Shown one piece after another: positions 25,858 to 34,620 of a DNA stretch of 64,000 nt. The stretch spans positions 1 through 64,000 of the IMG/VR virus record IMGVR_UViG_3300050122_000130, one strand, 5' to 3'. The notes beneath the pieces are model-generated. The model worked only from the letters and a program-made list of their open reading frames with translations. It was not told the DNA's origin and did no database searches. Source of the stretch: a virus. Positions within the stretch are counted from its first letter, which is position 1. The number at the start of each line of letters is the position of its first letter. The position numbers were made by a program, and so were the translations under genes.

Positions 25858-26816
25858 GAGTTTGCCAATCCCCAATAGAGATACTGGTTATGACAGAGCG
25901 CGGTCCGGTTGGTTGGCGAAAAAGCTATTGGCCACTCACCGCCTTCTTCAAAACTACCTGTTTGAAAAACAGCATCGTCGGTCGAGGCGAATAAAGTCGT
26001 TTGACTCTGCGGGGTACAGAAATTGGCGGTAGCCGTATTGTCGGTCCCGTTGATATTCAAAACGATACCGGCGCTTGAAAATCCCGTCTGATAGGCATTT
26101 GCCACACCGAGAGCAATGGCGCCGCTGGCAAAAGATCCTGTTCCGCAACCAGAGCCTATAAAAGCCGAGGGTGAGCCATTGCCCGTTTGCAAACCTAAAC
26201 CGGCGCCATTGCTCAGGACTCTCCCATATATGATACCGAAATTTGATTGGGGTGAGTTGCTTTGCGCGACGACGGACCATGATATCGGCAGCGTCGTATT
26301 GGAATCGCTAGCAGTGAGGAATGGACTGTTTCCGGCTACGCCCTGAACACAAGGAAAAGTCCCAACGCAATTAAACACCAGCGTCGGCATATTAGCCAGC
26401 GTGGCTTGAAGCAGATGAATGCCGTTGCCGGTCTGATCATAGAGCTTGGCCACACTGCATCCAGCGTGTGTGACCGTGCAGAACGTGGTGACACTAACGG
26501 TTGGCGATCCGGTTGGGCAAACTACCGCACTGAGATTAGCTGCGCCGCTGGTCCCAATGGGGATGGTGCATGTTGCAGTGCCGGTTGATGTATCAACGAT
26601 ATCCGCAGCGGGATTGGTGCCCGGTACGGCATAGGCTGCGTTATAGGCCCTAAGGCCGTACCAATTCGAGGCGCTGGCGATAACGTCGCCGGGTCCGGTG
26701 TAGCCGCTTGCTGCGGGAGTTTTGGAACTCCCGGCCCCCGTCAGCGTCATCTGAGCCGATGACGGCCCAGCGACCGCCAGCAGGCATGCCAGCGCTATCG
26801 CGAAAAGGCCGCGCAT
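25851..26816 (-). CDS. exported LamG/arabinofuranosidase-B-like lectin-fold protein
   Basis: Signal ..PSSA-Q; WYGLRAY, V.KLYDQTGNG; 10 Cys. Confidence 0.75.
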   Translation of the reverse strand: MRGLFAIALACLLAVAGPSSAQMTLTGAGSSKTPAASGYTGPGDVIASASNWYGLRAYNAAYAVPGTNPAADIVDTSTGTATCTIPIGTSGAANLSAVVCPTGSPTVSVTTFCTVTHAGCSVAKLYDQTGNGIHLLQATLANMPTLVFNCVGTFPCVQGVAGNSPFLTASDSNTTLPISWSVVAQSNSPQSNFGIIYGRVLSNGAGLGLQTGNGSPSAFIGSGCGTGSFASGAIALGVANAYQTGFSSAGIVLNINGTDNTATANFCTPQSQTTLFASTDDAVFQTGSFEEGGEWPIAFSPTNRTALCHNQYLYWGLANSC

Positions 26817-28648
26817 CAGAGGAAGTCCACCGTGCAGTCAAGTGCTGTGGTTGGCCCCGTACCGCCTGTAGAGGTGCTTGCAGCGCCAGCGCTGATGGCG
26901 GTCGAATATTGGTCGCCAACCAGAGAGAACGTAAACCCGGTATTGGACCCTGGAGGAATGCCGACGAACTTAGTTGGCGCCGTCGTCCCCATGGTGACCG
27001 ACGCTGCCGCCACGTTGAAGATCTGGATATAGGCCCAATGCGTGGCGTCGGAATTACTGCACTGTGCCGAGTAGACCTGTCCGGCTGACGCCTTGACCGC
27101 GATAGCTGTATTTGACAGGGCGGCGAGGGTTTTGGTGGATAGGCCGCCGGAGGCGCTTCCGAGAGTGACCGGGTTATTGACGGCCGCCCTGATGCAACCG
27201 AGCACTGTCGCGGTCCCGGACGCCGGGCAAGCCGTGTCCGAGGTCTGCCCCTCAGTCACATCCGCTCCTGATGCAGCACTGATGGGCTGCGTCGCTTGCC
27301 AGAATGTGCCGGAAACAGGTTGCGTAGCCTGCCAGAACGTCCCGGTAACCGACCAAGTGGCTGCCGTAGTCGGCGCCACAAACAGACCATTCGTGGCGGA
27401 CAACACTGTCCCGCCCTGCGTCGGCACGACGCCGTTGCCGTTGCCGAGCGATGGACTTGTGTTGAGAGAGACGCCGACTCCGCCGCCGGAGATCGAGACG
27501 GAGCCGCTAATAGGGACAGCCGTCCCACCGGAGACTCCCTGGATAGCAAGCACCGCTGTGCCAGGCGCTCCGGCCGTGCCTCCTCCCGCGACAATCCACG
27601 GCGACGTGGATTGCGTCACAGCGACGGTGCTCAGCGGAGTCAACGTCGAGATTTGCGCAGCGGTCAAGACCACCGGCATCGACGCAGCAGCCAGGGCTTG
27701 CCCTTGCGCCGGAATGCGTCCGGTATTCGTCGCGACGGTGCCGAGATTTCCTCCGGTTTCGAGAGCGTAGTTCGTGAGCGCGGCGGGAGGCGTCAGGGTC
27801 GACAACTGCGAGGCCGTTAGCACCACGGGGACGGAGGCGGCCGCTAGAGCCTGACCAAGCGCCGGCGTCTTGGTGTCGATCGACGCTACTGACGCATTAC
27901 CGATGCCTTGCAAAGCCGACGTCGCCGCGCCATTAAGCGTGCCGATATTGAAGGTGGGTGTTGCAGCAAAAGCCGGGAGCGTCCCGGTGATGCCGACAGA
28001 CGTCGGTGGCGTCAGCGCTGTGACCTGCGCAGCCGGCAATACGACAGGAATGCTGGCGCTCGATAGCGCTTGGCCCAACACCAGAGCAACCATGTTGGTG
28101 CCGTTGGAGACGCCTAGCGCGGTACCGGCCGCAGGGAATGCCGAGCCGAAGTTGCTCGAGGTACCACCGCCGCCACCTCCTCCGCTGCAACCGCTATCGC
28201 AGATGAAATGGGCGGGGCTGGTGAATTGGGGAAGCGTTCCGGATATGCCGAACGCCGTGTTGCCGATCGAGCCGCCGGCTTGGAACGGCGATCCCAACGC
28301 TGTAATCGTAGAGCTCTGCAGCGTCGCCGTCGCGGCGCCGTTCAAGGTGCCGAGGTTTACCGTCGGTGTGCCGTTGATGGTTGCCAGAATGGGAACGCCA
28401 CCGGTGACGCCTTGGACATACAGAGCCGTGCCGTTTGGGTTATTCGATCCGATACCACCCGAAAGAGGATTGCCAAAAGCGTCGCTCGAGATAGACGACG
28501 GCGTGGTGATGCCGGCGTTGGTGTACGTCTTCATCGACAGGATTTGCTGCGGCGACGACTGATCCTTCAGGATATAGAAGCCGGCCGTTTGCGCATGCGC
28601 GTGCAACACCGACGCCAGAAGCGCCAGCGCAGCAAGTTTAATTCTCAT
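26816..28648 (-). CDS. exported repetitive fibre-like protein
   Basis: Signal ..HAHA-Q; three GQAL..AS.PVVL repeats; two GTFWQATQP repeats; C-terminal VKASAGQVY domain. Confidence 0.8.
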   Translation of the reverse strand: MRIKLAALALLASVLHAHAQTAGFYILKDQSSPQQILSMKTYTNAGITTPSSISSDAFGNPLSGGIGSNNPNGTALYVQGVTGGVPILATINGTPTVNLGTLNGAATATLQSSTITALGSPFQAGGSIGNTAFGISGTLPQFTSPAHFICDSGCSGGGGGGGTSSNFGSAFPAAGTALGVSNGTNMVALVLGQALSSASIPVVLPAAQVTALTPPTSVGITGTLPAFAATPTFNIGTLNGAATSALQGIGNASVASIDTKTPALGQALAAASVPVVLTASQLSTLTPPAALTNYALETGGNLGTVATNTGRIPAQGQALAAASMPVVLTAAQISTLTPLSTVAVTQSTSPWIVAGGGTAGAPGTAVLAIQGVSGGTAVPISGSVSISGGGVGVSLNTSPSLGNGNGVVPTQGGTVLSATNGLFVAPTTAATWSVTGTFWQATQPVSGTFWQATQPISAASGADVTEGQTSDTACPASGTATVLGCIRAAVNNPVTLGSASGGLSTKTLAALSNTAIAVKASAGQVYSAQCSNSDATHWAYIQIFNVAAASVTMGTTAPTKFVGIPPGSNTGFTFSLVGDQYSTAISAGAASTSTGGTGPTTALDCTVDFL

Positions 28649-28652
28649 TGTG

Positions 28653-29138
28653 CTAGACCCCTGTGAGGATAGCCGGAACGATCACTTCGTTACCCGGATC
28701 GGAGAGATCCGTGGTCAGACCGCCGCTCGGCGGCGTCGGGAAGAGAACATCGTCCTGAAGCACGATCGCAACCATGCACCAGGTCAGGCCCCATTGCTCG
28801 AGCGAGGCCAGGATCTTCCATGTCGTGCCTTCCGGCACGGTCCCCGCGGGAAACACCAGCAGATCCCCGCCGAATTGCAGAACGCGATTGATGGCAAGCG
28901 CCGTGCCGTTGAGAAAGACCTTTTTCTCCGCGCCCTGGATGTTCAACGAATCCAGAAGTCGAACATCTTTCGAACTAAGCGGCTGGACCTGTGCCAACAC
29001 CGTGGCTTGATTGTAGCCGGGCTGCTGAACGAAATTGGCGCCGATCGTGTTTCCCGTGCTGACAAACAGCGTGGCCGGAATATTTGGATTGATAACGCGC
29101 GTGACTGAATTGGCTGTCGCGCGCAGATTTCCTACCAT
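28653..29138 (-). CDS. head-closure / head-tail joining protein
   Basis: NL..INPN..STG..AQVQPLS..LNIQG..GGDL..W..LEQW..W. Confidence 0.8.
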   Translation of the reverse strand: MVGNLRATANSVTRVINPNIPATLFVSTGNTIGANFVQQPGYNQATVLAQVQPLSSKDVRLLDSLNIQGAEKKVFLNGTALAINRVLQFGGDLLVFPAGTVPEGTTWKILASLEQWGLTWCMVAIVLQDDVLFPTPPSGGLTTDLSDPGNEVIVPAILTGV

Positions 29139-29530
29139 CGAATTCTCCGCGCTGACCGGCGTTGCTCGCGCAGGCTCTTTACGCTCACACGAGCAATCAG
29201 CGGCTTAATGCCGATGTTGGCGTCGTACTCGGAGCGATCCTTCAAGATGAACTTGCGAGCCTCTTCGAGAACGCCATCAGCAATCGACCGATCAAATTGC
29301 GGTTCGGCAAAATTGATGCAGTAAAGGTGACGTTTATTCTGAGGAATCCGCTTCAGAGCCTCAGCCTCAAATTCTCTGAGTTGCTGAAGGATCGGCACCG
29401 CTGAGAACCGTATCGGAGAATCATAGATGGCGCAGCGCGTCAAAGGACCAAGCTGCTCGAGCGCAGCCATCTCGTCATCGACTGAACCGACATAAAGCTC
29501 CGTGATGTGACCGCCATCGTTCGTAGACAT
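29132..29530 (-). CDS. hypothetical protein
   Basis: GGAGG RBS; coupled to the downstream gene. Confidence 0.6.
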   Translation of the reverse strand: MSTNDGGHITELYVGSVDDEMAALEQLGPLTRCAIYDSPIRFSAVPILQQLREFEAEALKRIPQNKRHLYCINFAEPQFDRSIADGVLEEARKFILKDRSEYDANIGIKPLIARVSVKSLREQRRSARRIRW

Positions 29531-29585
29531 CTTCGCCTCCGGAAAGATATGCGTATTTCACGCATACCTCCCGAAGGTCAAGCTT

Positions 29586-30263
29586 TTAGCCAAGACGATA
29601 GAGCGTCCAGGCACCCGCACCAGTCTTGCGTGCGCGAAAGCGAACAGAAGAATCGGCGCCTGGAGTGTTGGTCGATAGAACGGTCATGCCGCCGACCAAA
29701 GTCCACCCGGTATTTGTCGTCATCACCGCAGTTTCAGCGGCGACACCCGACGTGTTGATGACCGAGAAATCGAACGAGCTGCCCGCGACAGAATTCGGAA
29801 AAGCTGTATCCATCGCGGTCGCAAGTGGAAGAGTGAGCGCCGAGCTACCGGCAGCGCCGTTTGCTACCGTGATGATGCCAGTCTGCATGTTGGCCGCGGT
29901 CAGCGTCGCCGACACGGTTTGCGCGTTCGGAGCGCCCTGCACGAGCGGTGTCGGGTTGGTGTTGACGATGTTGCTGAACGTACCCGGCGCCGGCACGTTC
30001 GCGCCGATCGTCATATTGTCGATGAAGCCCGGCGTGCTGCTGGCCCGGTTCGGCGGACAGAACGGAAAGCTGATGTTGCCGTTTTTGTCCGTCAAGAAGA
30101 TCGTGTTGCATTGAGCGGCGCTCGCCGGCGAGACAAACATCAGCAGCAACAGCAGAAGCGTCACGAACAACAGCATCAGCAGTTCGAGCCGCCAGAAGGT
30201 ACGCGCCGTGATCGGACGACCGAACGGATGACTATCGAAGTCAGCGAAAGCAATCTTGAACAT
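29586..30263 (-). CDS. head-fibre-like protein with N-terminal signal/TM segment
   Basis: LLMLLFVTLLLLLLMFVSPASA-AQC; C-terminal TLP.A..FDFSVIN..GWTLVG..FRARKT..LYR domain. Confidence 0.7.
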   Translation of the reverse strand: MFKIAFADFDSHPFGRPITARTFWRLELLMLLFVTLLLLLLMFVSPASAAQCNTIFLTDKNGNISFPFCPPNRASSTPGFIDNMTIGANVPAPGTFSNIVNTNPTPLVQGAPNAQTVSATLTAANMQTGIITVANGAAGSSALTLPLATAMDTAFPNSVAGSSFDFSVINTSGVAAETAVMTTNTGWTLVGGMTVLSTNTPGADSSVRFRARKTGAGAWTLYRLG

Positions 30264-30287
30264 CTGGTGTTCTCCGGTTGAGGGGTT

Positions 30288-30827
30288 TTACATTTTGACT
30301 TCGTAGCCAACCGAGTTCAGCAGGTTGCCGTGCTCGATAAGCGGTTTTGTCGATGCGCCGTAATTCGTCAGTCCCGCGGCGACGCGCGCGCGCGCCTGTT
30401 CAACCACAGTTCGGTTGACGACCAGGCTCTGATCCTGAGATTTCATGCCGCGCAACATCACCGTGACCGGGCTGAGCGGCGGAGTGTACGTGTTGATGAT
30501 CGAGTCCTGGAGCTGGCCTTGGATCACCATTCCGGTGCGCGCAAGCGTCAGCGGAATGTTGTAGTCGGTGGCCTTGAGCTGAAACGCGATCCCGGCCGGC
30601 CAGCCAGGCGACTTGTCCGAAATCATGTTCCGGAAGAACGGCCGCGGCGGGATATGCGCCTTCGGAGCGCCAAACTCCTGGATTGCCGCAATCATAGGGA
30701 TCGAGGTGCCGTCCGGTTCCGTCGATCCTTCGAGGAACCCAATGCGCACGGTGCCCGGCTGGGACAGTTTCGCGGCCATTTTGGTCAGAATGGCGCGGAA
30801 CTTGATCCCGCCGGACATCGTAGGCAT
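30288..30827 (-). CDS. neck / tail completion protein
   Basis: RIGFLEG..AAIQEFGAP..IPPRPFFR..KPLI..G.L. Confidence 0.85.
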   Translation of the reverse strand: MPTMSGGIKFRAILTKMAAKLSQPGTVRIGFLEGSTEPDGTSIPMIAAIQEFGAPKAHIPPRPFFRNMISDKSPGWPAGIAFQLKATDYNIPLTLARTGMVIQGQLQDSIINTYTPPLSPVTVMLRGMKSQDQSLVVNRTVVEQARARVAAGLTNYGASTKPLIEHGNLLNSVGYEVKM

Positions 30828-30830
30828 GTT

Positions 30831-31277
30831 TTAGACCCCTGTAAAAGCCGCAGCGGGGGCCGCTGGCTCGTTTTTATCAGCGGCAGGGTCCTTGGTACCC
30901 TTTTCAACTTCGTGCGTCTCAGCGGTGCCCAAAACGGTTGTTTGTTCACCGGTTTTGGGAACCTCCATTTCGAGGGTGGCCGTGAGGGTTTTGCCGGCGT
31001 CGTCCTTAGCCGGTTCCTTCTCTTGGGAACCGTCAGCGCCCTCAGCCTTGGTGGCGCCCTCGGATTTGTCGGTTCCCAACAGATCGGCGTCGTCGGTGCC
31101 GAGATCGGCCGGCTTCGAGGCGGCTTCAGCCTCAAGCTTGGCTTTCTCGATCTTATCGGCCCGCGCTTGGTCCGCCATCTTGTGAAATTCCTCGATCGTC
31201 ATCTTCGACAAGACCAGGAAGTCGTCCCGGAACTTCATCAGCTTCTGGACGTGAGTCCACATCGCGTCGTGATCCAT
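30831..31277 (-). CDS. acidic low-complexity hypothetical protein
   Basis: GAGGAG RBS; phage-like codon use. Confidence 0.65.
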   Translation of the reverse strand: MDHDAMWTHVQKLMKFRDDFLVLSKMTIEEFHKMADQARADKIEKAKLEAEAASKPADLGTDDADLLGTDKSEGATKAEGADGSQEKEPAKDDAGKTLTATLEMEVPKTGEQTTVLGTAETHEVEKGTKDPAADKNEPAAPAAAFTGV

Positions 31278-31587
31278 CGTCGTTCTCCTCGCGCTGCGCG
31301 CTTTCGGGTTGGTCTTCGTCTTGAGCCGTGAAATATTTCAGCAGAGTACCGCCCGGGTTCTGCGCTTTCCACTTCTCGAAAAATTCCTTGTCGATGCCCG
31401 CATTGCCGCCAGCCTGCAACTGAACCTGTTGCGGCATGATGTCCGGATCTTCTGCCGGCGTCAGCATGCGGCCCTGAAACGGACGGCCGCCGCCGTCATC
31501 AGCGACGGTCATATGCAGGTGAAGCATGATCGGACGGCCGAGCGTGTTGTGCACGTTGACTGTCTGGCGCTTTTTCTGTTCCGACAT
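31153..31587 (-). CDS. hypothetical protein, paralog-like to 32688..33302
   Basis: AGGAG RBS; IDKEFFEKWKAQNPG vs VDRDWWEEWKSLNPG. Confidence 0.65.
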   Translation of the reverse strand: MSEQKKRQTVNVHNTLGRPIMLHLHMTVADDGGGRPFQGRMLTPAEDPDIMPQQVQLQAGGNAGIDKEFFEKWKAQNPGGTLLKYFTAQDEDQPESAQREENDDGSRRDVDSRPEADEVPGRLPGLVEDDDRGISQDGGPSAGR

Positions 31588-31588
31588 C

Positions 31589-32173
31589 TCAGTAACTCCT
31601 GCCGCGAAGAGCGGCGTTGGCTCTACGCGTCGCGGTGCGCTGAGCGATTTCCTCGGCGGTCTTTTTCGTACCAAGCTTCATCGCCGCCAGTTTCTCAATG
31701 AGATGACGCGACGTCGGTTCCTTTTCTCGCGCAATGCGCCGAAGGTGTTCGATGTGGGACGCCTCTGGCTTCCATCCCTTCTTTTTTGAAGAGATTAACG
31801 CGCGCGACTCGATTGTGTGGCTGCGCCCCTTAAACGTGCCTTCTCTTTTTACCGCTCTCTTGATGCCGAGCACTGAGTCCACGCACTCAAGGCAAAGATT
31901 GTAGAGCTCATCGCGATCATAGCTATCAACGATACGCTGTTCGTACAGCGTTAGATTTTCGACGGAGCAGATCAGCAAAACTTCAAACCTGAACGCGGGC
32001 TCGCCATATTTATTGAAGGCGCGCTGCAGGTTCTGGTTTTTGTGCGTTCCTCTCCTCAAACACCCAAGGTGAGAAGACTTTCGATTTCCGATTTTGGCCG
32101 CCTGCCCGATATAGAACTTTGCAGGATCTTCGCCGCGATCAATGACGATTCGATAGATGCCGGTTTTCTTCAT
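31589..32173 (-). CDS. GIY-YIG homing endonuclease with NUMOD3-like repeats
   Basis: GIY..FYIG..R..H..N..LQRAFNKYG..E..YN; KGRSHT.ES. Confidence 0.9.
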   Translation of the reverse strand: MKKTGIYRIVIDRGEDPAKFYIGQAAKIGNRKSSHLGCLRRGTHKNQNLQRAFNKYGEPAFRFEVLLICSVENLTLYEQRIVDSYDRDELYNLCLECVDSVLGIKRAVKREGTFKGRSHTIESRALISSKKKGWKPEASHIEHLRRIAREKEPTSRHLIEKLAAMKLGTKKTAEEIAQRTATRRANAALRGRSY

Positions 32174-32190
32174 TTCGGCATTCTATATTT

Positions 32191-32685
32191 TCAAAACGCT
32201 CCTGCACATCCCCGCCCGCGACGGCCAAAACCGGGAGCAATACCATTCCCGAAACGTGTCGGCCCCGGCAGGTACGCAGGAAATGACCGGAACGCACTTG
32301 TTGCAGACCAGAAGGCTGCTCCATACGGAGTTTGCGTAAAAAACGCACTATTCATCGTGCCTTCGTATTCCGTGGCGACGGTGACGGATCCTTCCGTCGC
32401 GCTAGAGATCCTGCCGACCAGGCCGGAGGGATCGTTGCCATCGGGCCCGCTGAAGAGCTGCGCAAGATGCGCGGTCAGCATATATAGCAGCTGCGTCTGC
32501 AACGTGGTGGTCCGGACAGGGCCTGAGCCATCGTTGCGCAGCCATACCTCGCCCGCGAGGGCGAAGTAGGCTTCGAGAGTAGCTTGCGGTGGCGCCGAGG
32601 CGAATGCCGGATAAGCAGCGATGAAATCGGCATACGTAAATGTGCCGATCGCGCCGCCCTGACAGCCGCCTCCAAACCACCCCAT
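32191..32685 (-). CDS. head-tail adaptor (DUF4054-like)
   Basis: F..YPAF..LTAHLA..VGRISSATEGSV..QTPYGAAFW. Confidence 0.85.
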   Translation of the reverse strand: MGWFGGGCQGGAIGTFTYADFIAAYPAFASAPPQATLEAYFALAGEVWLRNDGSGPVRTTTLQTQLLYMLTAHLAQLFSGPDGNDPSGLVGRISSATEGSVTVATEYEGTMNSAFFTQTPYGAAFWSATSAFRSFPAYLPGPTRFGNGIAPGFGRRGRGCAGAF

Positions 32686-32687
32686 GA

Positions 32688-33302
32688 TTAAACCGCCCTA
32701 CGTTGTTTCGCGCGATCGGTATCAGGCTCGACGTCGCTAAGATTGTCGTTCGGAGCCTTTTCACCGCGCTCATCGCCAGCCGGATCCATCGGCTCGAGGC
32801 CGCATTTGAGATCCTTGTTCTCGAGAGCGTAAGCTTCGACGCTGGCCTTTTCGCCATGCTCGAAGATCAGGCCGTTCTTCAACATCTCGAAACCGGGGTT
32901 TAACGACTTCCATTCTTCCCACCAGTCGCGATCGACCTCAGTCAGACCGAAATCTCCGATGATCGTGTAATTCGGAATCTTGCCGAATGCAGTCGCGTAT
33001 CCCTTGAGACGGACTTCGCCACGAGTCGGATCCGGCATGTAAGTCTTCGTGGGCTTCACGCCACCACCGAAAGTCGGCCTGTCGACGGTGACCATGCTGC
33101 CAAGTGTCAGCTTGAGGCCACGCGGCAGTTTGAGGCCGATCCAGACCGTGCTGGTGTTCTTCTTGGTCTCGGCGCCGATCGCGGGACCGGTGATTGCGAT
33201 TCCGGCCTCCGCGCCTTCGGCTTCAGCGGTAGCGAGCAACGCTCGCGCCGCATCGATATTCTTCTGCGCTCTCGCAGCCTTCTGGGCTTTGGACAGTGCC
33301 AT
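32688..33302 (-). CDS. conserved head-associated protein downstream of the capsid gene
   Basis: KLPRGL..FGLTEVD..W..GLEP.DP; synteny. Confidence 0.75.
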   Translation of the reverse strand: MALSKAQKAARAQKNIDAARALLATAEAEGAEAGIAITGPAIGAETKKNTSTVWIGLKLPRGLKLTLGSMVTVDRPTFGGGVKPTKTYMPDPTRGEVRLKGYATAFGKIPNYTIIGDFGLTEVDRDWWEEWKSLNPGFEMLKNGLIFEHGEKASVEAYALENKDLKCGLEPMDPAGDERGEKAPNDNLSDVEPDTDRAKQRRAV

Positions 33303-33356
33303 GTTATTAGGTCTCTCTGTTCAGGATTGATGGGGAAAGGTGAAAGGGAAACAAGA

Positions 33357-33431
33357 CGTGCGCGTCACGCGTGGGACCGCAGAGGAGGAAGCCTCCGCGC
33401 CACCGTCGAAGCCGGGCGTCCCCGGCCGCGC
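33357..33431 (-). ncRNA. putative structured RNA element downstream of the capsid gene
   Basis: Outer TGCGCG/CGCGCA pairing; hairpins GCCGGG/CCCGGC and CGCGGAGG-CTTCCT-CCTCTGCG. Confidence 0.4.
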
Positions 33432-33441
33432 AACTTATCGG

Positions 33442-34545
33442 TTAGATGCCGATCATGCTCGCAATGGCGAACGGCTGACGCAAAACAGCGCCCATCGAGC
33501 CGCCACTCAGCTTCTGCTTCCACGATGACAGATCGGGGATCAGACGATGAGCACGCATTTTCTCGTTGAACGCGCAGAAGCCGGTCTGCTGACCGCGAAC
33601 GCTGGTGCAGATCAGCTGCATGAAGTTGCCACCGACAACGCCCTGCGGATTGCTCGAGGACTGAGCCTGGTACTGGATCGCGTCGATGATCTTCAGGTTC
33701 GGAATCTGCTTCAACAGATCCGAAACGTTGACATCGAACGAGTTCGTCGCGGTGAGCGCGAACTTGGACGCCGGAGAAAGCGCCAGCACGAATGGCGATT
33801 CCTGGTTGATGTTGCCGCCGGACTGCAGGATGAGTTGGATGACCAGCGCCTGGATGTCCAGATAGATCTCGTTCGGCGTCGCGGTGATGATGCCGTTGGT
33901 GATCCACTGGTTGTTGCCGTATGCCTTCGGTCCGGGCGTCAGCGCGGCCGTGAGGTTCGGATCGTTCAGCAGCCCGTAATTCTGCAGGCCCTTCACGCCG
34001 AAGAAGTATGTCTGGTTCTGGTAACGGTTCAGAGCCCAGGCGGCCGCGGCGTTCAGTTCGCTGACCCAGTTGATCTTCGCGAGACCAACGACATCGAGCT
34101 CGCGATCGCCGTATTGCAGGATCGTCTGATAGAGGTACGGCTGGCGCGAGGGGAAGTTCAGGTTGGTGCTGACCGAGCCGTTGTTGACGTAATCGTCGTA
34201 GCTCGAGACTTCACCGGTGTGCTCGGCAGTCGGGAACATGACCGAGTTGAGCGTCCAATCGCCCTTCTTTACTTCGCCGAGAATATCGGCGGCGCGCAGC
34301 GGGGAGAACAGGATCTCGTAGACTGTCGGGTCGATCATGGTCGACAGCCACACCGGAATGCCGGTGTTCAACGTGGTCGTGGTCGTCGGCTGCGCGTCCA
34401 TCGCGAGGCCTTGATCCATGGCGAGCTCGAAGTTGTGCTTCCAGCCGTCAGGGATGTACATGCGCGCGTTTTCAAAGATCGCGCCGCTCGACTCGTAGGT
34501 TTTGCGCTCCTGAGCGAACGCGGCGACAGCTTCGTGGCGATTCAT
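33442..34545 (-). CDS. major capsid protein (DUF2184-like)
   Basis: AMDAQP..N.GIP..IDP; EVKKGDW; YFFGV.GLQNYGLLNDP; EKMRAH. Confidence 0.92.
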   Translation of the reverse strand: MNRHEAVAAFAQERKTYESSGAIFENARMYIPDGWKHNFELAMDQGLAMDAQPTTTTTLNTGIPVWLSTMIDPTVYEILFSPLRAADILGEVKKGDWTLNSVMFPTAEHTGEVSSYDDYVNNGSVSTNLNFPSRQPYLYQTILQYGDRELDVVGLAKINWVSELNAAAAWALNRYQNQTYFFGVKGLQNYGLLNDPNLTAALTPGPKAYGNNQWITNGIITATPNEIYLDIQALVIQLILQSGGNINQESPFVLALSPASKFALTATNSFDVNVSDLLKQIPNLKIIDAIQYQAQSSSNPQGVVGGNFMQLICTSVRGQQTGFCAFNEKMRAHRLIPDLSSWKQKLSGGSMGAVLRQPFAIASMIGI

Positions 34546-34559
34546 CGTAAGTGCCTTTC

Positions 34560-34593
34560 CAAAATAAAAAAGGCGCTCACGAGGAGACGCCTT
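34560..34593 (-). terminator. terminator-like hairpin directly upstream of the capsid gene
   Basis: AAGGCG..CGCC followed by TTTTTTATTTT. Confidence 0.55.
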
Positions 34594-34620
34594 GGCTGAG
34601 GGAGATTGTGAAAGCGAAGT

